NCBI GenBank assembly: GCA_016707705.1
Contig: JADJHD010000020.1
Coordinates: 8,918-72,917, forward strand
DNA: 64,000 bases
Source of the DNA: Bacteroidales bacterium
Lineage (GTDB): Bacteria > Bacteroidota > Bacteroidia > Bacteroidales > UBA4417
Direction of reading: 5' to 3'
Both the position numbers and the translations under genes were made by a program. The notes under the pieces are model-generated. The model worked only from the letters and a program-made list of their open reading frames with translations. It searched no databases and had not been told where the DNA came from. Positions 12,417-22,361 of this stretch are shown here, piece after piece. Within the stretch, counting starts at the first letter, position 1. Every line of letters begins with the position of its first letter.

Positions 12417-14048
12417 ATGAAAAGAACCACTCTCATAATAATTGTAAACCTGTTTTTTCTAGCTCTTGCATGGAGTCAATCCGGACAGCCACTCAGAGTT
12501 GAAATCCCGGTTCGTTCAGGGTCGAATCCATTTAATTATATTCCTTTTGGCGATAAAGGACTATGCCTGTTCTATCCCACCATCAATGATGCAGGTAAGG
12601 ATAGTGTAAGCTGGTCTTTTGTTATGCTCGACAGAAACCTTAAGGAACAATGGAGAAAACTACTTCCTATACAGGAAGATGTGAATTACTTGCAGGGATT
12701 AAGCAGAAATGGAGCAATCTACCTTCTTTTTCACGATACAAGGAAGAATGCTGAAGAGAATATCCATGTCTTCTTCATCTATCCCGATAAGCAAATCATC
12801 ACTGAACACAGAAGTGCAATTCCTGAAAAAGCTGATATTGTCGACTTTGATATCCTTAACGACAATGCACTCATTGGCTATAACCTCCGCAAGGGTACTC
12901 CCGGAATCCTGGGCTTCTCCCTTGTTAATGGTGAAAAAAGGAATTTCACCATCGATGACAAGGATGACGCTCTGCTACTGGACATTTTCGCCGACACTAC
13001 CTATAAAGATGTTTATACTGTTTACAAGGTACAGCCCTCTTCAAGCAAAAACCTTCTTAAACTCAATCAGTACAATAGCTCTTCAGCGCTCAGGAGAACA
13101 ATAAACTTCTCCAATTTGCAGGAAAGAAGAATTCTGAATTCTGCACAGTTTGTTTCAACCGCAGAGGGGAAAGGCATCATTTCCGGAACTTACGGTCCAG
13201 GGAACAGGAGCAAGAGAAACTATGACTACTACAATGACTATTACAATTATTACTATTACAATTCCTTCTACCGCAGGCAGATGAATCAGGATGCCAATCG
13301 TGACAATACCCCTGTTTCCGATGGTTACTTTGTCGCTACTGTGGGAAGCACCGAAACAGGGAATATTCAGTATTTCAACTTCATTGATTTCAACAATGCA
13401 CAGAAATACATGAATGATCCTGAGGCCTTGCGTACAAAACGCAAATCGGACATTAAAAAAGGGAATGACGAAAAGGCAGGGGATTCTGATAAAAACTATT
13501 CCCTTGAATACCATCTGATAAGCCATCCCGTTGAGGTGGACAATGGAAGCTACATTTTGCTTTCAGAGGCTTATGTCCCGGAATATCACACCATGACACA
13601 AATGGTATACGATTATTACGGAAGAGCCATACCTTCCACATATTCCGTTTTTGATGGATACAGGTACACCAATGCATTCATAGCTGCCTTCGACAGTGCC
13701 GGGAACATGAAATGGAATAATGGGATGGAGATGCGGGGAATCCTGACCAATTACCTGAACAGGAAAATGAACTTCTATTCTGATAGTTCAGAAATGCTGC
13801 TATTCTACAATGCCAATCACAAATTGGGATATAAGGCTATCAAAGGATCTGAAATCATTGAGAATACGAACTTCACTCCTATTGCGCCAAAACGTACTAC
13901 CGACCAGTTCATGAGCGAATATCTGGGTACCGCTGAACATTGGTATGGCAATTACTTCCTGATGAGTGGTTATGTAACACTCAGGAATAGCACCATGGAT
14001 GAAAGCAAAAGGAATGTATTCTATCTTAACAAGATGGAATTCAAATAG
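12417..14048 (+). CDS. Hypothetical secreted protein with a Tyr/Asn low-complexity insert
   Basis: The ATG at 12417 gives the signal peptide MKRTTLIIIVNLFFLALAWSQ; the listed start at 12396 is TTG. I recognise no family. Confidence 0.55.
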   Translation: MKRTTLIIIVNLFFLALAWSQSGQPLRVEIPVRSGSNPFNYIPFGDKGLCLFYPTINDAGKDSVSWSFVMLDRNLKEQWRKLLPIQEDVNYLQGLSRNGAIYLLFHDTRKNAEENIHVFFIYPDKQIITEHRSAIPEKADIVDFDILNDNALIGYNLRKGTPGILGFSLVNGEKRNFTIDDKDDALLLDIFADTTYKDVYTVYKVQPSSSKNLLKLNQYNSSSALRRTINFSNLQERRILNSAQFVSTAEGKGIISGTYGPGNRSKRNYDYYNDYYNYYYYNSFYRRQMNQDANRDNTPVSDGYFVATVGSTETGNIQYFNFIDFNNAQKYMNDPEALRTKRKSDIKKGNDEKAGDSDKNYSLEYHLISHPVEVDNGSYILLSEAYVPEYHTMTQMVYDYYGRAIPSTYSVFDGYRYTNAFIAAFDSAGNMKWNNGMEMRGILTNYLNRKMNFYSDSSEMLLFYNANHKLGYKAIKGSEIIENTNFTPIAPKRTTDQFMSEYLGTAEHWYGNYFLMSGYVTLRNSTMDESKRNVFYLNKMEFK

Positions 14049-14065
14049 AAAACCTTACTGTATTC

Positions 14066-15565
14066 TTATTTGATTGACTTAATCTCAACTCTCCTGTTGA
14101 GTGTCATTCCAGCAGCTGTTGAATTGTCGGCAGCTGGCTTGGTTTCACCAAAGAAAGCTTTAACAATCCGGCTCTTATCAATTCCCCTGTCGGTGAAGAA
14201 CTTGATAACATAGTCAGCACGTTTTTCTGACAGTTGCATATTGTAGTTCTTGCTTTCCCTTGAATCTGTATGTCCTTCTACAGAAATGCGAATTCCGGGA
14301 TTATCCTTAAGAGTTTCAGATATCTTGTTTAGTAACTGGTTATAGGAGGCAATCACTATTGCGTTATCGGTATTAAAGTACACAACTTCATTAACCAAAA
14401 CCTTTTCTTCAACCGGACAACCATTATTTGCCAGTGAACCAGCAACTTCAGGACATTTATCCAGGTAATCAGCTACACCATCACCATCCTTGTCAGGGCA
14501 ACCTTCGAGGGCTGTAAGTCCAGCAATATCAGGACACTTATCTTGCTTATCAGCAATTCCATCTCCATCCTTGTCAGGACAACCATTAAGTTCCTTTTTA
14601 CCGGAAACATCAGGGCATTTATCGTCTTTATCAGCAATACCATCACGGTCCTGATCGGGACAACCCTTCATATCCTTATTTCCGGATGCATCCGGACAAG
14701 CATCATCCTTATCGGGAATACCGTCGCCATCTTTATCAGGACAGCCTTTAAACTCTACTTTACCAGCAACTTCCTGACAATCATCCTGGTCATCAGCTAC
14801 TCCATCATTATCCTTGTCGGGACAACCAGCCAATTCAACCTTACCGGCACGATCAGGGCAATAATCTTCCTTATCCTTAACACCATCACCGTCAGTATCC
14901 TTAGGTCCTCCGAATTTGAAATTCACTCCAAAAGAAGCATAACTGTACTGATCCCTGGATTTGGAGGCTGCAAAGAAATCAAGCTTTTCATCACTGAAGG
15001 TGATCCTGTCACCATACTCAATATTTAATCCAAGTTTTTTGCTTATCTTGAATTCCAGTCCGGCTCCTACCGGCACTATAGGACCATTTTGCCTGCTCCC
15101 ACTGTTGTTGAGTTCTACTTCAGTGTCCAGATTTTCAGTAACAGAAGTAAAGGATGTGATTCCGAAACCAGTGAAGATGTAAAGATTGACAAAACGGTTG
15201 GGATTATACTTCCCAAAAAGTTCATTGATATTTATAGTTGGCTGTAAGCTGGCATCCCAAAGATCAGTTGAAAGCTTGATAGCTTTATCCTTATGTTCAC
15301 TGTAAAGAGATCCGGTGAAGAATTGGCCTCTAACACCAAAAACAGGACTGAACTGGTAGCCGAGTGCTCCACCAAATCCTGGTTTGAATTTGCTGTTAAA
15401 CAGATTATCTTTATTCAGGTCACCAAAATACTGGGTAATTCCACCATTGATCTGGACATTCCAATGACCAAGAAATATAGGAGCCTGAACGGTTTCCTGA
15501 GCTATTGACTTAACTGAAAAGAATCCACAAAGGATAATCAAAACCAACAAATACCTCGATTTCAT
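14066..15565 (-). CDS. OmpA-family outer membrane protein with thrombospondin type-3 (Ca-binding) repeats
   Basis: N-terminal signal plus a beta-barrel-like region. Six D-x-D-x-D-G-x-x-D-x-x-D-x-C-P units follow. The C-terminal OmpA peptidoglycan-binding domain ends NRRVEIKSIK. Confidence 0.85.
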   Translation of the reverse strand: MKSRYLLVLIILCGFFSVKSIAQETVQAPIFLGHWNVQINGGITQYFGDLNKDNLFNSKFKPGFGGALGYQFSPVFGVRGQFFTGSLYSEHKDKAIKLSTDLWDASLQPTININELFGKYNPNRFVNLYIFTGFGITSFTSVTENLDTEVELNNSGSRQNGPIVPVGAGLEFKISKKLGLNIEYGDRITFSDEKLDFFAASKSRDQYSYASFGVNFKFGGPKDTDGDGVKDKEDYCPDRAGKVELAGCPDKDNDGVADDQDDCQEVAGKVEFKGCPDKDGDGIPDKDDACPDASGNKDMKGCPDQDRDGIADKDDKCPDVSGKKELNGCPDKDGDGIADKQDKCPDIAGLTALEGCPDKDGDGVADYLDKCPEVAGSLANNGCPVEEKVLVNEVVYFNTDNAIVIASYNQLLNKISETLKDNPGIRISVEGHTDSRESKNYNMQLSEKRADYVIKFFTDRGIDKSRIVKAFFGETKPAADNSTAAGMTLNRRVEIKSIK

Positions 15566-15633
15566 AACTATCGTTTTAGTTAATACAGAAGAAGATTGTG
15601 CACAAAATCTTAAGCAGATTTCACACCTTTATG

Positions 15634-15641
15634 CAAATATA
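15634..15641 (-). promoter_or_regulatory. Bacteroidota-type -7 box (TAnnTTTG) for the OmpA-family gene
   Basis: Minus strand reads TATATTTG, 69 nt upstream of the ATG. Confidence 0.35.
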
Positions 15642-15719
15642 AACTAAAATGTGGACAATTCGCAGATTTGACCGCAGATCTGCCTGAAAGAGATGAGGAA
15701 AGATACCATTTCCCAAAGG

Positions 15720-16268
15720 CTATTTAGCCCTCATTTCATGATTTAATGACTTCAGATAGAAATCCCAGATCACAATCCCGGCAGTTACTGATACATTCAT
15801 TGAATGCTTTGTCCCGAATTGTGGAATTTCAATGCAGGCATCAACCTGAGCCATAACTTCATCGCCTACACCCATGACTTCATTCCCAAAGATTAATGCA
15901 ATTTTCTGTCCTTCAGCAGGTTGAAAATTGTTCAATGGAATACTTCCAGCAGCTTGTTCAACAGCGACTATCAGATAGGATTCTGTTTTAAGTTTTTTAA
16001 TAGCTGCAAGAATATCCTCTTCATACTCCCATGTCATTGACTCAGTTGAGCCTAAAGCCGTTTTCTGAATTTCACGGTTTGGCGGAGTTGCAGTGATGCC
16101 GCAGAGTACAATTTTCTCAAGCCTGAAAGCATCAGAAGTCCTGAAAATAGAGCCAATATTATGCTGCGACCGAATGTTATCAAGAATAATTATGAGAGGA
16201 CTTTTGTCTGAATCCCTGAAAGCATCCACGCTTAAGCGATTCAGTTCATCCATCTGCAGTTTTCGCAT
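15720..16268 (-). CDS. TrmH/SpoU-family RNA 2'-O-methyltransferase
   Basis: SpoU motifs are present: NIGSIFRTSDAF, LIFGNEVMGV, IEIPQFGTKHSMNVSVTAGIVIW. Confidence 0.8.
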   Translation of the reverse strand: MRKLQMDELNRLSVDAFRDSDKSPLIIILDNIRSQHNIGSIFRTSDAFRLEKIVLCGITATPPNREIQKTALGSTESMTWEYEEDILAAIKKLKTESYLIVAVEQAAGSIPLNNFQPAEGQKIALIFGNEVMGVGDEVMAQVDACIEIPQFGTKHSMNVSVTAGIVIWDFYLKSLNHEMRAK

Positions 16269-16287
16269 AAAGAATTATTTGAGTGTG

Positions 16288-16295
16288 CAAAGGTA
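16288..16295 (-). promoter_or_regulatory. -7 box (TAnnTTTG) for the trmH-family gene
   Basis: Minus strand reads TACCTTTG, 20 nt upstream of the ATG. Confidence 0.35.
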
Positions 16296-16345
16296 AAAAT
16301 TATCAACAGCACGGGGTAGAAGGACTGAGGATCGGCAGATAATTC

Positions 16346-16353
16346 TAAATTTG
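16346..16353 (+). promoter_or_regulatory. -7 box (TAnnTTTG) for mutS
   Basis: TAAATTTG lies 23 nt upstream of the GTG start. Confidence 0.35.
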
Positions 16354-16375
16354 TGAATCAGATACTCAAACAGAA

Positions 16376-19012
16376 GTGGCAAAAGAGAAAGAACAAAAGG
16401 ATCCAGCCCTTACCCCATTAATGAAGCAATACAACACCATCAAGGCGAAATACCCTGATGCAATACTATTATTCAGGGTGGGGGATTTTTATGAAACCTT
16501 TGGTGAGGATGCAATCAAGGCTTCTGAAATCCTAGGAATAATACTAACCAGAAGGGCTAACGGTTCTGCGCAGTATATTGAACTTGCAGGATTTCCTCAT
16601 CATTCTCTGGATACCTATTTGCCAAAACTGGTTCGGGCTGGCTTCCGGGTTGCAATTTGCGATCAGCTTGAAGACCCGAAACTTACCAAGACTATTGTTA
16701 AAAGAGGAGTTACCGAACTTGTAACACCCGGAGTATCATACAATGATAAAATTCTGGATAATAAGGAGAATAATTTCCTTGCATCCATTCACCTTCTGCC
16801 AAAGTCATCAGGAATAGCCTTTCTGGATATCTCGACAGGAGAATTCATGCTGGCTCAGGGCTCTAACGACTATATTGATAAGCTCCTTCAGACCTTTAAA
16901 CCCTCCGAGGTAATTGTCCAGAAAAACAAGAGGCAGCAGTTTACCGAAGGTTTTGGAGACCTGTTCTACCTCTCCTATTTTGAAGACTGGGTATTCACCT
17001 ATGATTTTGCCCATGATTTGCTGAAGAAGCACTTTGGCACCACTTCCTTGAAGGGATTTGGCATTTCTGAACTGGATAATGCTGTAATAGCAGCCGGTGT
17101 TGCCTTGCATTACCTGTCGGAAACACAGCATGATAAGGTTCAGCATATCTGCAAACTATCCCGCATAGAGGAAGATCATTATGTGTGGCTCGACAGGTTC
17201 ACAATCCGGAACCTTGAGCTGGTTCATTCACCCAATGATCCATCTGCAACTTTACTATCCGTTCTGGATAAGACCATCTCGCCCATGGGCTCAAGGTTGA
17301 TGAGGAGGTGGCTGATGCTGCCACTCAAGGATCGGAAACCTGTGAAGGAGCGACACGAAATGGTGGAAGATCTTATAAACACACCACAACTCGCAGGAGA
17401 ACTTGAACACAATATCAAAATCATTGGAGATCTTGAAAGGCTCATCTCCAAAGTAGCAGTGGGAAGGGTTAGTCCAAGGGAAGTGCTGCAAATCAGGCGT
17501 GCACTTGAGGCGATTGTTCCAATTAAGGAAGCTTGTGGAAATTTTGCACATGAGGCAATGAAGCATCTTGGCGGACAACTGAATCCGTGTGAACTGATTG
17601 CAGAGCAAATAGGCAAAACCATCAAGCCGGATCCACCTGCCATGGTTTCAAAGGGAATGGTAATAGAGGAAGGTATTTCACCCGAACTGGATGAACTCAG
17701 AAAAATGGCCTTTTCTGGCAAGGATTACCTGATCCAGATGCAGCAGCGTGAAATTGAGCGTACTGGTATCAGCTCCTTAAAAGTGGGGTTTAATAATGTT
17801 TTCGGTTATTTTCTGGAAGTCACCAATTCGCATAAGGATAAAGTTCCCGAGGAGTGGATTCGCAAGCAAACTCTCGTGAATGCTGAACGTTACATCACAG
17901 AGGAACTGAAGGATTACGAGCAAAAAATACTTGGAGCAGAAGAGAAAATACTGGAGATAGAAAGCCGGCTTTTCAATGAGCTGGTCTTAAAGCTTGCTGA
18001 TTATGTGCAGCCCATTCAGTTGAATTCACAACTGATTGCGCGGCTTGACTGCCTTCTGTCACTTGCACGTGTAGCCGTTGAAAATCGCTACACAAGGCCG
18101 GAAATCAATGATTCGTTCAGGATTGACATTAAACAGGGACGGCATCCGGTAATTGAAAAGCGGCTGCCAACCGGTGAAGAGTATATCGCCAATGATGTCA
18201 GCCTCGACAATGAAGATCAGCAGATTATTATGCTGACAGGCCCCAATATGTCAGGAAAATCAGCACTTCTGCGACAAACTGCTTTGATTGTCCTGATGGC
18301 TCAGGTTGGGAGTTTTGTCCCGGCAGAATCAGCCAAAATTGGGATTGTCGACAAGATTTTTACACGTGTAGGTGCTTCCGATAACATTGCATCCGGTGAA
18401 TCTACCTTTATGGTGGAGATGAATGAAACAGCCAGCATCCTGAATAATATTTCGAATCGCAGTCTTATCCTGCTTGATGAAATCGGGCGTGGTACGAGTA
18501 CTTACGACGGCATTTCCATTGCATGGGCGATTGCTGATTACCTTCATGAGCATCCATTATACAAAGCCAAGGTGTTGTTTGCCACCCATTATCATGAATT
18601 GAATGAGATGGCATCCAGTCATTCAAGAATCCGGAACTATCATATTTCGGTGAAGGAAATTGGCAATAAAGTAATTTTTCTTCGCAAGCTAACACCGGGT
18701 GGAAGCGAGCACAGCTTTGGTATCCATGTAGCACGAATGGCAGGAATGCCTGGAAGTCTGCTGAATAAGGCCGAACTTATGCTTGGATTGCTTGAAAAGA
18801 AGCATGGAGTTGAAAATCTTGGTCCTGCAGCTATGACCAAAAAAACCGATCAGAAGCAGCAGGATCAGTTCCAATTAAGCTTTTTCCAGCTTGATGATCC
18901 TTTATTGGAACGTATCAGGGATGACATCAAGTTGCTTGACATTGACACCCTTACGCCGGTTGAGGCACTGATGAAGCTAAATGAGATTAAAAAAATGTTG
19001 CAAAAATATTAG
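16376..19012 (+). CDS. mutS: DNA mismatch repair protein MutS
   Basis: TPLMKQY N-terminus, Walker A GPNMSGKS, and the STFMVEMNE and [14 protein letters not shown] motifs; 878 aa; GTG start as listed. Confidence 0.93.
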   Translation: MAKEKEQKDPALTPLMKQYNTIKAKYPDAILLFRVGDFYETFGEDAIKASEILGIILTRRANGSAQYIELAGFPHHSLDTYLPKLVRAGFRVAICDQLEDPKLTKTIVKRGVTELVTPGVSYNDKILDNKENNFLASIHLLPKSSGIAFLDISTGEFMLAQGSNDYIDKLLQTFKPSEVIVQKNKRQQFTEGFGDLFYLSYFEDWVFTYDFAHDLLKKHFGTTSLKGFGISELDNAVIAAGVALHYLSETQHDKVQHICKLSRIEEDHYVWLDRFTIRNLELVHSPNDPSATLLSVLDKTISPMGSRLMRRWLMLPLKDRKPVKERHEMVEDLINTPQLAGELEHNIKIIGDLERLISKVAVGRVSPREVLQIRRALEAIVPIKEACGNFAHEAMKHLGGQLNPCELIAEQIGKTIKPDPPAMVSKGMVIEEGISPELDELRKMAFSGKDYLIQMQQREIERTGISSLKVGFNNVFGYFLEVTNSHKDKVPEEWIRKQTLVNAERYITEELKDYEQKILGAEEKILEIESRLFNELVLKLADYVQPIQLNSQLIARLDCLLSLARVAVENRYTRPEINDSFRIDIKQGRHPVIEKRLPTGEEYIANDVSLDNEDQQIIMLTGPNMSGKSALLRQTALIVLMAQVGSFVPAESAKIGIVDKIFTRVGASDNIASGESTFMVEMNETASILNNISNRSLILLDEIGRGTSTYDGISIAWAIADYLHEHPLYKAKVLFATHYHELNEMASSHSRIRNYHISVKEIGNKVIFLRKLTPGGSEHSFGIHVARMAGMPGSLLNKAELMLGLLEKKHGVENLGPAAMTKKTDQKQQDQFQLSFFQLDDPLLERIRDDIKLLDIDTLTPVEALMKLNEIKKMLQKY

Positions 19013-19040
19013 CGGTTTTTTTGCAATTTAAAAATAGTTG

Positions 19041-19048
19041 TATATTTG
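19041..19048 (+). promoter_or_regulatory. -7 box (TAnnTTTG) for tRNA-Gly, with TTTG about 17 nt upstream
   Basis: TATATTTG at 19041-19048 and TTTG at 19020-19023. The tRNA starts at 19071. Confidence 0.45.
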
Positions 19049-19070
19049 CACTCCCAAACACAATACTCCT

Positions 19071-19143
19071 GCGGAAGTAGCTCAGTTGGTAGAGCACAAC
19101 CTTGCCAAGGTTGGGGTCGCGAGTTCGAGTCTCGTTTTCCGCT
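19071..19143 (+). tRNA. tRNA-Gly (anticodon GCC)
   Basis: Manual cloverleaf fold. Acceptor GCGGAAG/TTTCCGC, D arm GCTC..GAGC, anticodon arm CAACC-TTGCCAA-GGTTG, T arm GCGAG-TTCGAGT-CTCGT. Length 73 nt; no encoded CCA. Confidence 0.9.
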
Positions 19144-19156
19144 CAGATGATGAAAG

Positions 19157-19188
19157 CCTCCTGTTATTCTGACATGGAGGTTTTTTTT
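19157..19188 (+). terminator. Hairpin plus T8 between the two tRNA genes
   Basis: CCTCCTGT ... ACA(T)GGAGG stem with one bulge, followed by TTTTTTTT. Confidence 0.6.
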
Positions 19189-19197
19189 CAGACCAGT

Positions 19198-19285
19198 GCC
19201 CGGATGGTGAAACTGGTAGACACGAAGGACTTAAAATCCTTTGGCCATTGCGGCCATGCCGGTTCGATTCCGGCTCCGGGTACCA
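19198..19285 (+). tRNA. tRNA-Leu (anticodon TAA), CCA encoded
   Basis: GCCCGGATGGTGAAACTGGTAGACAC...anticodon loop CTTAAAA...long variable arm...GGTTCGATTCCGGCTCCGGGTACCA. Closely resembles E. coli tRNA-Leu(UAA), including the G1-U72 pair. Confidence 0.9.
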
Positions 19286-19297
19286 ATACAAAAGCAA

Positions 19298-19339
19298 AAT
19301 GCAAGGTTCAAATTTTTACCATTTGAATCTTGCATTTTT
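19298..19339. terminator. Strong, probably bidirectional terminator between tRNA-Leu and the convergent DoxX operon
   Basis: 16-bp stem AATGCAAGGTTCAAAT / ATTTGAATCTTGCATT with one G-U pair. An A-run lies 5' and a T-run lies 3'. Confidence 0.75.
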
Positions 19340-19378
19340 CGTTTCTGACAACGCTCTACTGTCTTTGTAATTGATTCC

Positions 19379-19741
19379 TTAAAACCTGTTCAACGCCACA
19401 AAAACAGACAATCCGAGAAAAATAATTGTAGCCGGAATATCTTTGAATTCTTTTTTCCTGATATGATATCCCATAGCCAGAATCATAATTGTTGCTATGC
19501 CACATGCAGCTATGGGAGTCAGAACAGGAAGAATGTTCAGGAATAAGGGAAGGATCAGACCAAAAGCCCCGGCAATCTTTGAGGAGCAGATGAAATAACG
19601 TAACCAGTTTGGGAATTCCTTTACCCAGGAAAGTTTAGGTGCTAATTTTTCTTTCGGCATCAATAGTATGATTAATCCGGAAGAGAAGAAGACAATGGCA
19701 AGAATGCCTTGAATAATCCATAATGTTGTGTTCATGATCAT
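19379..19741 (-). CDS. DoxX-like small membrane protein
   Basis: 120 aa with 4 predicted TM helices and a DoxX-like pattern (WIIQGILAIVFFSSGL...KIAGAFGLILP). Confidence 0.65.
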   Translation of the reverse strand: MIMNTTLWIIQGILAIVFFSSGLIILLMPKEKLAPKLSWVKEFPNWLRYFICSSKIAGAFGLILPLFLNILPVLTPIAACGIATIMILAMGYHIRKKEFKDIPATIIFLGLSVFVALNRF

Positions 19742-19755
19742 TGGTTTTTAGTTAT

Positions 19756-20412
19756 TTAATGGTTTGTTATTATTTCAATTGTTGCATTATTGTTAAATAC
19801 CAGGGATTTTGAATATCCAAGACCTTCCTTTGCTGCGAATTCTTTCAACCAGTTTTGTCTTTGCCATTTCCGCCCACTTTGTGAAGTAGCAATGCGCCAA
19901 ACAGGGAATGTCCAGTTAAAGGAAGATGCAGGAAAGGTGGACATTTCAATAAATGCCGAAATGAATGACCGTTGTCCGGTAGGTGTCAGAACAATTAATT
20001 TCCCTCCCGGCTTGAGCACCCTCAGAGCTTCGCACATTAACTGTGATTTCGTAGAGTCATCAACAAGGAACAGAACTGAGCAAAGAGTCACCACATCAAA
20101 AGCATCTGTCAGAAATTCAAGAGGGGCATTTCTTTTTTGATAGAAGAATGAGATGTTCTCTGATTTCAGATTTCTCCTTGCCTCGTCAATTAAAGCGATA
20201 TTTATATCAATTCCTGTGACTAGAAGACTGGCATCCTGAGAATTCAGTAGTTCGGGCAATCTTCCCGGACCGGTTCCTATATCAAGCATTCTTTTGCTTG
20301 AAGAGTCGTTTATGATATTTTCCACCACAGGCATTAAAAATTCCCGATACCAGGAGCTTTGGGTTGCTTTTAAAAAGAGAGACATGTCATGAATCTTATG
20401 AATGAGTTGCAA
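19756..20412 (-). CDS. Class I SAM-dependent methyltransferase
   Basis: Motif I MLDIGTGPGRL and the post-I/II motifs VLKPGGKLIV are present. Confidence 0.8.
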   Translation of the reverse strand: MQLIHKIHDMSLFLKATQSSWYREFLMPVVENIINDSSSKRMLDIGTGPGRLPELLNSQDASLLVTGIDINIALIDEARRNLKSENISFFYQKRNAPLEFLTDAFDVVTLCSVLFLVDDSTKSQLMCEALRVLKPGGKLIVLTPTGQRSFISAFIEMSTFPASSFNWTFPVWRIATSQSGRKWQRQNWLKEFAAKEGLGYSKSLVFNNNATIEIITNH

Positions 20413-20467
20413 TGTTATTTATTAATTATTCTTAATATGTTGTTTATTTAGTTTAGGATAAAAAAAA

Positions 20468-20887
20468 TTATGAGTCAAGTATATCCTTCAGGGTTGTTCT
20501 CTGTAATTCAGCCTTCATAACCTCTTCTACCCTCATTAGCCTGTCGGTTACAGCTTTCTTTACTGAATCGGGCCTTTGTCCGGCAGCTTTAATTTCAAAA
20601 TTGGTTTGAAACAATGATTTTTGATTTTCCATGGCAAGCAGAATATCAAGAAGATTAATCTGCTCATTGCTCTTGGCGAAGCGCACTCCCCCATTAATTC
20701 CTTCCTTCGATTCCAGGATTCCAGCTCTGATGAGATTATTAAAAATCACTGTTAACGTAGGCTTGGGAATATCCAGTAATTCCGAAATTACTTTAGTGGA
20801 AATATATTCGGTTTCTCCCCTTCTGATCTTATCGGAGATAAAAACCAGAACCAGAATTGATTTGGAAAAGGAGAGTGAGTATGCCAT
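20468..20887 (-). CDS. Rrf2-family transcriptional regulator
   Basis: Winged-helix segment ISTKVISELLDIPKPTLTVIFNNLIRAGILESKEGINGGVRFAK; 139 aa. Confidence 0.75.
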   Translation of the reverse strand: MAYSLSFSKSILVLVFISDKIRRGETEYISTKVISELLDIPKPTLTVIFNNLIRAGILESKEGINGGVRFAKSNEQINLLDILLAMENQKSLFQTNFEIKAAGQRPDSVKKAVTDRLMRVEEVMKAELQRTTLKDILDS

Positions 20888-20914
20888 AACTAAATATTCT
20901 CAATATTGAGTTTG

Positions 20915-20922
20915 CAAATATA
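20915..20922 (-). promoter_or_regulatory. -7 box (TAnnTTTG) for the Rrf2-MTase-DoxX operon
   Basis: Minus strand reads TATATTTG, 28 nt upstream of the ATG. Confidence 0.4.
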
Positions 20923-21027
20923 CACCAGTTTTTCTGTTTTCCTATTTTATTTCATTTTTTCTCCAGAAGTATTGAAATTTAATTCAGATGAGAAAGCTGT
21001 CTAAAAACCGATTTCACTAATTAGACT

Positions 21028-21035
21028 TACCTTTG
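21028..21035 (+). promoter_or_regulatory. -7 box (TAnnTTTG) for the helicase gene
   Basis: TACCTTTG overlaps the listed TTG start at 21033, which argues for the ATG at 21057. Confidence 0.35.
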
Positions 21036-21056
21036 CCACCTACCCACACACTGCAG

Positions 21057-22361
21057 ATGATACAAAGAATACTTGAGAACCTGAAGATTGCAGCACTCAA
21101 TGAAATGCAGCTGGCGTCAATTGAAGCCAATAAAGCCGGAACTGATATTGTTCTGCTCTCCCCTACCGGATCAGGTAAAACCCTGGCATTTCTATTGCCT
21201 GTTGTAAGTCAGCTCGACAACTCCATCCCAACAGTTCAGGTTATGATTCTGGCTCCTTCAAGGGAACTGGCCATCCAGATTGAGCAGGTATTTCGCTCAA
21301 TGGGGACTGAATTCAAGGTGAATTGCTGCTATGGTGGACACCCTATGAAAGTTGAAATCAATAATCTCAAACATCCGCCTGCAGTCCTGATTGGCACTCC
21401 CGGAAGAATTGCCGACCATATGCGGCGGGGCACTTTTGACACTGATACAATACAGACTATTATTCTGGATGAATTCGACAAATCCCTGGAATTCGGATTT
21501 CAGGAGGAGATGTCGTTTATAATCAGCGAGCTTTACAATCTAAAAAAGCGCATTCTGACTTCTGCTTCTGAAGCTATCGCTATTCCAGAATTTGCTGGGG
21601 TTACATCCCCTCTCAGAATTAACTATTTATCTGACTCTCAACCTAAAGGACTTAAACTGAAAGCCGTCACCAGCGAAGGCCGGGATAAACTGGAAGCTCT
21701 TTTCTCACTCATTTGTCATTTAGGTAACTCTACAACCCTGATTTTCTGCAATCACAGGGAAGCCGTGGAGCGAATCAGCGAATTGTTGTATGACAAGGGC
21801 CTTGTCCATGGAATATATCATGGCGGATTGGAGCAGGAAGAACGTGAACGTGCTCTGATCAAGTTCCGTAATGGCAGCCACCAAATCCTGATTACAACAG
21901 ACCTTGCCTCGCGCGGACTGGATATTCCTGAAATTGAAAATGTCATCCATTATCAGTTCCCCACAACTGCTGACGCATACATGCACCGCAATGGCCGCAC
22001 AGCCCGCATGCATGCCGAAGGAACCGCCTATCTTATCATGGGAGAAGGCGATCATCTGCCTGCATTCCTCAAAGAAAAGCCCGAATATGTCAAACTGGAC
22101 GCCATCCCCCTATTGCCTGAAAATTCAAAATGGGATACCCTTTTCGTTGCAGCTGGAAAAAAGGATAAGATCAATAAGACAGATATTGTCGGACTCCTGA
22201 TACAAAAGGGGAAACTGCATAAGGATGAAATCGGATTGATTGAAGTGCTTGATTATTCATCTTTTGTAGCAGTGAAGCGTGAAAAGATCAATAAGGTAGT
22301 CCAGTTGCTGCGTTTTGAGAAAATCAAGAAGAAATCGGTGAAGATTGAGGTTTCGATATAA
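21057..22361 (+). CDS. DEAD-box-family ATP-dependent RNA helicase with a DbpA-like C-terminal RNA-binding domain
   Basis: Helicase motifs: I SPTGSGKT, Ia PSRELA, Ib GTPGRI, II DEFD (variant of DEAD), III SAS, V SRGLDI, VI HRNGRTAR. The C-terminal ~70 aa look DbpA-like. Confidence 0.85.
   Translation: MIQRILENLKIAALNEMQLASIEANKAGTDIVLLSPTGSGKTLAFLLPVVSQLDNSIPTVQVMILAPSRELAIQIEQVFRSMGTEFKVNCCYGGHPMKVEINNLKHPPAVLIGTPGRIADHMRRGTFDTDTIQTIILDEFDKSLEFGFQEEMSFIISELYNLKKRILTSASEAIAIPEFAGVTSPLRINYLSDSQPKGLKLKAVTSEGRDKLEALFSLICHLGNSTTLIFCNHREAVERISELLYDKGLVHGIYHGGLEQEERERALIKFRNGSHQILITTDLASRGLDIPEIENVIHYQFPTTADAYMHRNGRTARMHAEGTAYLIMGEGDHLPAFLKEKPEYVKLDAIPLLPENSKWDTLFVAAGKKDKINKTDIVGLLIQKGKLHKDEIGLIEVLDYSSFVAVKREKINKVVQLLRFEKIKKKSVKIEVSI

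Noticed and set aside
14543-15028. 161-aa plus-strand ORF rich in Ile/Thr
   Set aside because: It is an antisense reading of the GAT/GAC-rich TSP3 repeats of the OmpA-family gene, and so an artefact of codon periodicity.
19082-19326. ORFs 19082..19297 (-) and 19102..19326 (+)
   Set aside because: They overlap the tRNA-Gly and tRNA-Leu genes and their terminators. The tRNA folds explain the sequence.
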